Source: a virus. From it: a stretch of 6,884 nucleotides of DNA. The DNA is taken from the IMG/VR virus record IMGVR_UViG_3300045988_002888. One strand, 5' to 3'. The notes under the pieces are model-generated. The model made no database searches. It was not told where the DNA came from and saw only the letters and a list, made by a program, of their open reading frames with translations. The position numbers and the translations under genes are program-made. This document shows, in pieces, positions 1 through 5,664 of the stretch; the first letter of the stretch is position 1, and each line of letters opens with the position of its first letter.

Positions 1-93
1 ATTTTTTTTTAAGCATCTCAACCCTTTCAGGGGGAAGCCAAACCAATTCCTCACGCTGAACGTCATTGAATTTTTGCAACTTAGACATGCGCG
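1..93. repeat. Direct terminal redundancy, copy 1 (identical to 6792..6884); signature of a linearised circular genome
   Basis: Base-by-base comparison: a+9t+aagcatctcaaccctttcagggggaagcc...cttagacatgcgcg occurs at both ends, with position 1 matching 6792 and 93 matching 6884. Confidence 0.97.
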
Positions 94-637
94 GAATAGT
101 GCGAAGAATATAAGGACGAGCAGGAGACTGATACGTAGGCTTGTAATTCTTTCGGAATTCAACAGCAGCAGCACAAGAATCGAATATAGCCTTCAAATGT
201 TCATCAATGTAAGGTTTATTCACCTTACAAGTAAACATATTGATAAGAGAATCACCAACAGGACGACGAGCACGCATACGAGTTTCCTGGGAAAACATTT
301 CCGTTTTCTTAACACGAGGGTCAAGCATAAGACGCATATGCAACTGAGTCTTAACACAAGGCCAATTCTTACCTATAGGATAATCGAATTCATAATCCGT
401 AATAGGCACAAGTGCCATTTTCGGGACATACTGCGAATTATAAGTCAATGTCACAAAGTAACAATACTTACGATTCCATTTTTCATAATCACACAAGTTT
501 CTTTTCGCATCAGAACGCGAAATCAGACAGTGAGGACAAGATCCACACTCAACATATACAGGTTCACCCGTATACTTATTTTTTATTATGCGAGGATGCT
601 CGCAACGATTAAAAAAATTACGAACTTTATCAGCCAT
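1..637 (-). CDS. VP4: Replication initiation protein (HUH rolling-circle endonuclease, VP4/gpA-like), N-terminal part; the ORF runs off the left edge and continues at 6791 by circularity
   Basis: ATG at 637..635, preceded by an in-frame TAA at 652..650. I checked every plus-strand triplet from 2 to 637 and found no tta, cta or tca, so the frame is open to the window edge. Translation: MADKVRNFFNRCEHPRIIKNKYTGEPVYVECGSCPHCLISRSDAKRNLCDYEKWNRKYCYFVTLTYNSQYVP...RTIPRMSKLQKFNDV. It contains a Cys/His cluster (C12, H14, C31-x2-C34-x2-C37; nt 527..604) and HUH motif I, FVTLTY (nt 440..457). It reads in frame into the MSKLQ start used by the ORF track. Confidence 0.9.
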   Translation of the reverse strand, partial: MADKVRNFFNRCEHPRIIKNKYTGEPVYVECGSCPHCLISRSDAKRNLCDYEKWNRKYCYFVTLTYNSQYVPKMALVPITDYEFDYPIGKNWPCVKTQLHMRLMLDPRVKKTEMFSQETRMRARRPVGDSLINMFTCKVNKPYIDEHLKAIFDSCAAAVEFRKNYKPTYQSPARPYILRTIPRMSKLQKFNDVQREELVWLPPERVEMLKKK

Positions 638-695
638 ATACCGTCGTCTTTAAATTCAAGGGAGAATACTTTTACTTTTTAATCTTATGAAATTG

Positions 696-727
696 CAAAG
701 ATAGGTAAATCGCATAGAAACACCAAT
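696..727 (-). promoter_or_regulatory. Candidate Bacteroidota-type promoter for Rep (-7 box TATCTTTG, -33-like ATTG)
   Basis: Minus strand 703..696 reads TATCTTTG, which fits TAnnTTTG, 58 nt upstream of the Rep ATG. ATTG lies at 727..724 after a 20-nt spacer, one mismatch from TTTG. Confidence 0.4.
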
Positions 728-875
728 CAACATTGTATCAAAAATTATTAATTTCGCGCGCGTGCTACGCAAACTTCGCACACACGCAATATTAACAATT
801 TTCAATACAATAACGCTTGGTGCAATCTATACGATTTGTCAACGAAATGCAATATCAGAAGAAGAAAAAGAAAAA

Positions 876-1082
876 CTATTCTTTTTTATCACATTCTACG
901 TAGGGGTAGTCTCCACAGGGAGCAGCCTTATATTCAGTTACAGACTGAAAAATCAAGACTTTATCACCAGTACGAAGAAAATCGCCAGCAAGGCGAGACA
1001 AATCAATTTCATTAGAGTCAATCAACATTGGGTTAGAAGGTTTTTCACCGGTCTTCGGCTGAACAGTCATTAAAAGTTTCAT
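876..1082 (-). CDS. Hypothetical small protein (68 aa, net acidic)
   Basis: ATG at 1082 sits in the ATGATTATGAAA context shared with the other gene starts. The upstream ATG at 1088 would give 70 aa. TAG stop at 878..876. Same strand as all other genes. No motif recognised. Confidence 0.55.
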   Translation of the reverse strand: MKLLMTVQPKTGEKPSNPMLIDSNEIDLSRLAGDFLRTGDKVLIFQSVTEYKAAPCGDYPYVECDKKE

Positions 1083-1118
1083 AATCATAAATTTTAAATT
1101 GTTAATAATATAAATATA

Positions 1119-1161
1119 ATTAAAAGTAAGCCCGCATTTAAGTGCACGAGATCCATGCGGG
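1119..1161 (-). terminator. Candidate hairpin terminator after the three coupled small ORFs
   Basis: On the minus strand, CCCGCAT (1161..1155) pairs with ATGCGGG (1137..1131) as a 7-bp GC-rich stem with a 17-nt loop. CTTACTTTTAATTATATTT follows. It begins 4 nt after the TAG at 1167..1165. The loop is large and the T-tract is interrupted. Confidence 0.35.
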
Positions 1162-1164
1162 GAA

Positions 1165-1371
1165 CTATTCTCTCATATCGTGTAAAGGAGATGTAGAATC
1201 TATATGATAGACCAAAAATGTCTCCTGAGAAGAACCATATTGTCCAATCTTAATAAGAGCATCAGCAACAAGTTGACGAAGGTCGTCAGTCTCAGCAGAA
1301 AGAGTTAACTGGATGCGTGTCCCCAAATTGGAACACGCCATAACATTAACAAATCGAAGTTTCTTTTCCAT
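1165..1371 (-). CDS. Hypothetical small protein (68 aa)
   Basis: ATG at 1371 follows the TGA of the upstream ORF by 2 nt (TTGATTATGGAA). The track start at 1377 is a TTG. Confidence 0.6.
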   Translation of the reverse strand: MEKKLRFVNVMACSNLGTRIQLTLSAETDDLRQLVADALIKIGQYGSSQETFLVYHIDSTSPLHDMRE

Positions 1372-1373
1372 AA

Positions 1374-1553
1374 TCAAAATTTTTTATACTGCTTAAATGC
1401 GCGAACAACATAATCTTTATTAGACGCAACGAAATCAGTAATAAATTCATTAATTGCACGAACCGACCAGTCAAAATACATTAAATAGTCAATTGCGCCT
1501 GTCTTAACATTATAAAATCGAACGCACCAAGTAAATTTTCTTTCTGTTTTCAT
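1374..1553 (-). CDS. Hypothetical small basic protein (59 aa)
   Basis: ATG at 1553 follows the upstream TGA by 2 nt (GTGATTATGAAA). The track start at 1559 is a GTG. Net charge is about +5. Confidence 0.6.
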   Translation of the reverse strand: MKTERKFTWCVRFYNVKTGAIDYLMYFDWSVRAINEFITDFVASNKDYVVRAFKQYKKF

Positions 1554-1555
1554 AA

Positions 1556-1735
1556 TCACAATGCAATTTGAAGTTTATAGACAAGAACATCAACGAGTTC
1601 TTTACGATACTTATCAACAATATGAATCACCTCATTTTTAGTAGAGGAAAGGACATTAACATAAGATACTGTATAGTTTCCGTCATCAGTTATATAACTG
1701 AGTTTTAATAGCCAATTATACTTTTTAGTTCTCAT
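1556..1735 (-). CDS. Hypothetical small basic protein (59 aa from the ATG)
   Basis: The track start at 1765 is a TTG that lies inside the predicted promoter box. The first ATG is at 1735 (MRTKKYNW...), 27 nt downstream of the TATCTTTG box. Net charge is about +3. Confidence 0.55.
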   Translation of the reverse strand: MRTKKYNWLLKLSYITDDGNYTVSYVNVLSSTKNEVIHIVDKYRKELVDVLVYKLQIAL

Positions 1736-1762
1736 AAGACATCTTCTATTATTATTACAATA

Positions 1763-1794
1763 CAAAGATAAGGGGTTTCAAACAAAATACCAAA
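1763..1794 (-). promoter_or_regulatory. Candidate Bacteroidota-type promoter for the small-ORF cassette (-33 TTTG, 20-nt spacer, -7 TATCTTTG)
   Basis: Minus strand reads TTTG (1794..1791), then a 20-nt spacer, then TATCTTTG (1770..1763). Both elements match the consensus exactly. It lies in a non-coding gap just upstream of the first cassette ATG. Confidence 0.5.
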
Positions 1795-1833
1795 CCAAAT
1801 TATATGTTATACAACATATTTTGCATTTTTATT

Positions 1834-1896
1834 GGTGTCACTTTTGCCAATCTCGGACGAGAAGAGGTGGAATCGGGTTAGATGTGACACCCGATT
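1834..1896. promoter_or_regulatory. GC-rich structured DNA element with two mutually exclusive 8-bp stems; candidate complementary-strand origin or priming site
   Basis: Stem A pairs 1834-1841 (ggtgtcac) with 1884-1891 (gtgacacc). Stem B pairs 1871-1878 (aatcgggt) with 1889-1896 (acccgatt). The two stems share 1889-1891. A mini-hairpin lies at 1851-1862. It sits between the VP2 terminator and the cassette promoter. Confidence 0.4.
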
Positions 1897-1920
1897 TGCT
1901 ACCGCACAAAAGAGAACAAC

Positions 1921-1961
1921 TTTTAAAATAAAATGCACCGACTCATCACGAGCCAGTGCAT
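1921..1961 (-). terminator. Rho-independent terminator downstream of VP2
   Basis: Minus-strand RNA: AUGCACUGGCUC-GUGAU-GAGUCGGUGCAU. This is a 12-bp stem including two G.U pairs, with a 5-nt loop, followed immediately by UUUAUUUUAAAA. On the opposite strand the two wobbles become C.A mismatches, so the structure is strand-specific. It starts 40 nt after the VP2 stop. Confidence 0.6.
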
Positions 1962-2001
1962 CAAAATAAAAATTGATATGTAAATGTGATAATGAAATAG
2001 A

Positions 2002-3195
2002 TTATCTATTATAATACCTAGAAGTAGTAGAGGATCTACCTTTATTATCACGATAATACTCATCATAATCCATAAAATAAGGTCTACCACGATTATAACG
2101 ACCATTTTGAAAATTTGTATAGGAATCCAATCCAGAACCAATACCGTTGAAAATCATATTAGCAGAATTAAGTGTCTCACGCCACGGTTGCAACTTCGTA
2201 TCAAAGGCGGATTGCTTGTAACCTTCAGCAGCAGAGCCAGCATTAGAGCGCAATATAGAAGAATCATGAAATGCATCAGCACCAGCATTAAATGCTCGAC
2301 TATGATAATACGAACCAAAATAAAAATTAGTATTATTAGTAGCACGGATCAGAGAATCCGAAGTCTCACGTATAATACGATTCTGAAGATTATACCCATT
2401 AGCACGCGCATAAGTCTCAATCTCCTCAGCAATAAGATTATTGATTTCTTGTCTCTTCATTTGACCAGACATAACAAGATATTCATAATTAGCCGCCTTA
2501 ATATTTAATTCAGCCAGTTGTTGTTGGTCAAGATACTTATTCAGAATAGTCTTCGCATCAGCATCAAGAAGAGAATTCGCAATATTAGCGACAAGAAGGT
2601 TATTGCTCCAGCGCTGGTTAGACAAATTTTCCTCAAGAGAAGCCATACCAAGTTCGGCAGCCCTACGACCTTGAGAAAGATTATACGCACGAGCCTCAGG
2701 AGACGCATTACGCCAATCAGTAGCACCAATATTTCGCCAAATCTGAGAACGTAGCAAATCAGACATATTAAGATTCTCAATATCAGTCTGTTTCTTTTCG
2801 GACATCATCTTCAATGCAGAAGCCAAATTAACACCAACAGATTGAAAATCAGGAGTATATGGGGTTTGAGGAGCAGCACCAGCAGCAGTTGCGGCAGAAG
2901 TGCCAGACATACCAGCAGCCGTACCGGCCTGCGCATCACTCATATAAGGATTATAACCTGCATTCTCTAGTCTCTTACGCTGAGAAGACGCAGAATTATA
3001 TTCATTTTCCTTATTCCACATATCCAACTGAAAATCACGGGCCTTTTGTGCCTCACGAGCGTTAAAATCATTATTCATTTGGTTAATCTTAAGATTAGTC
3101 TTATTAGAAGATGATGTAGACTTAGAACCAATAGCACCAGAAATTACAGTACCAAGACCACCAAATAATCCGCTAGCAAAATCTTTAAAAGCCAT
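2002..3195 (-). CDS. VP2: DNA pilot / minor capsid protein VP2 (397 aa)
   Basis: Gly/Ser-rich N-terminus, followed by NQMNNDFNAREAQKARDFQLDMWNKENEYNSASSQRKRLENAGYNPYM, which matches the conserved block I recall from gokusho/alpavirus VP2. There is a long central helical or coiled-coil-like region. It sits directly after the scaffold-like gene (TAG-TT-ATG). Confidence 0.8.
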   Translation of the reverse strand: MAFKDFASGLFGGLGTVISGAIGSKSTSSSNKTNLKINQMNNDFNAREAQKARDFQLDMWNKENEYNSASSQRKRLENAGYNPYMSDAQAGTAAGMSGTSAATAAGAAPQTPYTPDFQSVGVNLASALKMMSEKKQTDIENLNMSDLLRSQIWRNIGATDWRNASPEARAYNLSQGRRAAELGMASLEENLSNQRWSNNLLVANIANSLLDADAKTILNKYLDQQQLAELNIKAANYEYLVMSGQMKRQEINNLIAEEIETYARANGYNLQNRIIRETSDSLIRATNNTNFYFGSYYHSRAFNAGADAFHDSSILRSNAGSAAEGYKQSAFDTKLQPWRETLNSANMIFNGIGSGLDSYTNFQNGRYNRGRPYFMDYDEYYRDNKGRSSTTSRYYNR

Positions 3196-3197
3196 AA

Positions 3198-3656
3198 CTA
3201 TTCAGATGTTGAAGAAGAAGAAGAAGAACCTTCAGCAGCAGCATTTCCTTCAGCAGCAGCATTTTCTTCAGCAGCAACACGGGCCTTTTCTTCAGCGTCT
3301 TTAATTAACGAATCATAATTTTCCATACAATATTCAGCCCAGGATCGCATTTCAGACAACGATTGAATATGTCTTGATTTAAGAGTATTCAATAAAGTGT
3401 CATCATCCAATTGTGCAGTATACACCGACTTATTAGGAGTATAACGCTGAATATATTCACGTAATTCAGTAGCAGTTAATTTATTCTCCAATCTTTGTTG
3501 ATTAAATATCAACGAAATATCATTAGAAATAACGATAGAACCGTCTTTATTTACAACAGTAGACAACTGCATTAACTTATCTTGTACAGGTACTTTTGTA
3601 TGCACAGCGTCAAAAGAACCATTAAAAATAGAATCTATATATTCTTTCTTTTTCAT
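3198..3656 (-). CDS. Hypothetical 152-aa protein with an acidic Ala/Ser-rich tail; possible internal scaffolding (VP3-like) protein by size and position
   Basis: ATG at 3656 lies 2 nt after the VP1 TGA (TTGATTATGAAA). The track start at 3662 is a TTG. It sits between VP1 and VP2. The C-terminus is ...EEKARVAAEENAAAEGNAAAEGSSSSSSTSE. The function call is positional only. Confidence 0.65.
   Translation of the reverse strand: MKKKEYIDSIFNGSFDAVHTKVPVQDKLMQLSTVVNKDGSIVISNDISLIFNQQRLENKLTATELREYIQRYTPNKSVYTAQLDDDTLLNTLKSRHIQSLSEMRSWAEYCMENYDSLIKDAEEKARVAAEENAAAEGNAAAEGSSSSSSTSE
3211..3276. repeat. Short tandem repeats in the 3' end of the 152-aa gene: (gaa)6, then an 18-nt unit x2 plus a partial third copy
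   Basis: gaa x6 at 3211-3228 encodes the Ser run. ccttcagcagcagcattt at 3229-3246 is repeated exactly at 3247-3264. A partial copy, tcttcagcagca, lies at 3265-3276. The 18-nt units encode AAAEGN repeats. Confidence 0.9.
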
Positions 3657-3658
3657 AA

Positions 3659-5443
3659 TCAATAAGGCATTCCGGAATAATCCAAATTACGAACTACTTT
3701 TACATCAAATGCGCAGTTAATCAAAAAAGGATCTGTATCCCATTTTGAATCAGCATTCACCTGAAATATACTATCCAATACAGAAGGATTCACCTTAAAA
3801 ATATTATAAGTTATAGAAGAAGAACCCGTAGAGACAGTAGACAACATATTTTTCCAAATAGAGGGAGTGATAGGCGCAACCCATTCTTTCTCAGTAGTAG
3901 TAAATGCACCTAGCACATAATCATACGAAGTCTTCCAAGAATAATAACGGGGGAGATAACCCATGGTATAATCGGCAGAAGAAAATCCAGTAACCAATTC
4001 TTTATCGGAATTAGAATACATAGAAATCGGGACAGACTGCATACCAATAGAATCAAGTTCAGGAATAGGCAAATCAGTATTCTGAGCAACAAAAAATTGT
4101 GGGTCAGGAGCCGAAGAGACATAATCCAATAAAGGGACATTATGATAAATACACATCAACACACCCCAATCACGAGCCTCAAATTTTTCAGAACCTTGCG
4201 AAGAACCAACACCTTTACCGGCAATAACGGCTTCAGACTGAGAATCACCAGACTGAAGATTGGTGTTAACAACCTCAGATATGTCAAGAGACGATGAATC
4301 ACCACCGATATAAGTAGACATACCCGACATATTCTCACCAACATCAACACCGAAATGAGCCTTAATCTGTGCGCGATAATTCTGAGGAACATTCAAAGAG
4401 ATCTCCTTCCAACGCTGAAGAGCCTCACCACGACGAAGAGCAAGTACATCAAATGATGCAGCAACCGAAGGCATAGAGACAAATAGCGGATTAGATGCAA
4501 CAGCATTAGGACCAGCATTAACAGAAAAATTAGGACCAGAAGGTGATATCTTATCACCAAGATATGTACGTGAAGATGAAGAAGAGGATATTCTAGCCTC
4601 TACATACAAATCCTGAGCCTTTAGACCACCTGTATCAATAGACGTCACATCACCGAATTGTGTATCCGGGAGAACACCCATGAATATATCTTTATTCCAG
4701 TTACAATACTCAAGGTCAAATAATGTATTATTATTCCAATATGGATCACCGGATGTGGGAAGGGTAGAGAATAATGTTTGTTGAGTTCCCGTATAATAAT
4801 CTATGTTCCACAAATACGGGCTCGAATCTTGCCACTGTGAATAACGAAAATAATCCTGACAAAATTTTTTATATGCCAAAAGCGGAAATACACTCAAATT
4901 AAGGTTAAATCGGAAAGCCTGAGTGTAAGAAGAATCCGAAGTAAGTACAGAGGTTCCATAATTAGAAGAAGACCGACCGACATTACCAACACGAAGATAT
5001 TGCAATAACTTATACGCAAGATCGGAACGATCAAATCCAAAATAATTTTTCTTGTCAGCCAGACGTGAAAAAGCAGTTTCAAGTTGATTGACCGGAATAG
5101 TCGGAAGATAATTACCCAAAGTTAACGCAGAAGTCTGCGAACCAGCATGTTGAACATTAGACTGCATTTGAGAAATAACCTCAGGAGCATTGCGCCAAAG
5201 TAAATGTAGGGGGACCCAAAACCAATCAAAATACTCACGAATACGAGTATACGCAGAAGTATTAACAGGCTGAGTACGAGTAAAATGCTGACGCTTCAAG
5301 GTAAATTTGTCACCAGGCATTGTAAAATACCATTTAATCGGAAGAAGTTCACCCGATTTTGCAGAAAATGCAACCTTAGACGAAAGGTCAAATGCCGAAC
5401 GTCTAGGATGATTGCGAACGTCTTTTAACGAAAATAAACTCAT
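3659..5443 (-). CDS. VP1: Major capsid protein VP1 (594 aa)
   Basis: N-terminus: MSLFSLKDVRNHPRRSAFDLSSKVAFSAKSGELLPIKWYFTMPGDKFTLKRQHFTRTQPVNTSAYTRIREYFDWFWVPLHLLW. This carries the PRRS-FDLS...GELLP...PGD-F...FTRTQP...VP..LLW pattern characteristic of non-phiX microvirus VP1, closest to what I recall of the Bacteroidales-associated lineage. It is the longest ORF. Confidence 0.93.
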   Translation of the reverse strand: MSLFSLKDVRNHPRRSAFDLSSKVAFSAKSGELLPIKWYFTMPGDKFTLKRQHFTRTQPVNTSAYTRIREYFDWFWVPLHLLWRNAPEVISQMQSNVQHAGSQTSALTLGNYLPTIPVNQLETAFSRLADKKNYFGFDRSDLAYKLLQYLRVGNVGRSSSNYGTSVLTSDSSYTQAFRFNLNLSVFPLLAYKKFCQDYFRYSQWQDSSPYLWNIDYYTGTQQTLFSTLPTSGDPYWNNNTLFDLEYCNWNKDIFMGVLPDTQFGDVTSIDTGGLKAQDLYVEARISSSSSSRTYLGDKISPSGPNFSVNAGPNAVASNPLFVSMPSVAASFDVLALRRGEALQRWKEISLNVPQNYRAQIKAHFGVDVGENMSGMSTYIGGDSSSLDISEVVNTNLQSGDSQSEAVIAGKGVGSSQGSEKFEARDWGVLMCIYHNVPLLDYVSSAPDPQFFVAQNTDLPIPELDSIGMQSVPISMYSNSDKELVTGFSSADYTMGYLPRYYSWKTSYDYVLGAFTTTEKEWVAPITPSIWKNMLSTVSTGSSSITYNIFKVNPSVLDSIFQVNADSKWDTDPFLINCAFDVKVVRNLDYSGMPY

Positions 5444-5446
5444 AAA

Positions 5447-5650
5447 TTAAAAATTTGGTTGAACATCAATACGAGTAGAATCAACAGACTGACGCGTAGT
5501 CTGCTGACTCTCTTGATTAGAATTACTATTTTTCCAAAAAACAGACATAGATGCAGTACAAGACTGAATGAACAAGGCTGTAATAAGCCCAATAATGAAA
5601 GTAGAAATCAATTTAACTACTTCAATCCATTGTTGCGGTGTAATTTTCAT
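5447..5650 (-). CDS. Small membrane or lipoprotein-like protein (67 aa), function unknown
   Basis: ATG in the CAATTATGAAAA context. MKITPQQ is followed by a hydrophobic stretch, WIEVVKLISTFIIGLITALFIQ, then SC, then a polar Q/S/N/T-rich tail. The TAA lies 3 nt before the VP1 ATG. Confidence 0.7.
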   Translation of the reverse strand: MKITPQQWIEVVKLISTFIIGLITALFIQSCTASMSVFWKNSNSNQESQQTTRQSVDSTRIDVQPNF

Positions 5651-5664
5651 AATTGTAAAGATAA

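Noticed and set aside
74-682. 202-aa plus-strand ORF, the second-longest non-annotated ORF
   Set aside because: It is the in-register antisense of the Rep N-terminus. It stays open only because Rep uses no TTA, CTA or TCA codons here. It has a TTG start and an Arg/Ile/Thr-rich product typical of antisense translation. Microviruses transcribe a single strand, and all recognisable genes are on the minus strand.
876-1082. GroES-like flavour of the 68-aa ORF (TGDKVLIF segment)
   Set aside because: The resemblance is limited to a few residues, and the protein is too short and lacks the rest of the co-chaperonin pattern. It is left as hypothetical.
1834-1896. Possible tRNA or other small RNA gene in the GC-rich intergenic island
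   Set aside because: No cloverleaf can be drawn: there is no acceptor stem and no T-loop GTTCRANNC motif. The two stems are mutually exclusive rather than adjacent arms.
3654-3662. Recurrent MIMK/MIME N-termini of four ORFs in the track
   Set aside because: These are artefacts of alternative start codons (TTG or GTG, and ATG at 1088) lying inside the conserved TGATTATG junction. The biologically likely start is the ATG 6 nt downstream in each case. For 876..1088 both are ATG, and I chose the one matching the shared context.
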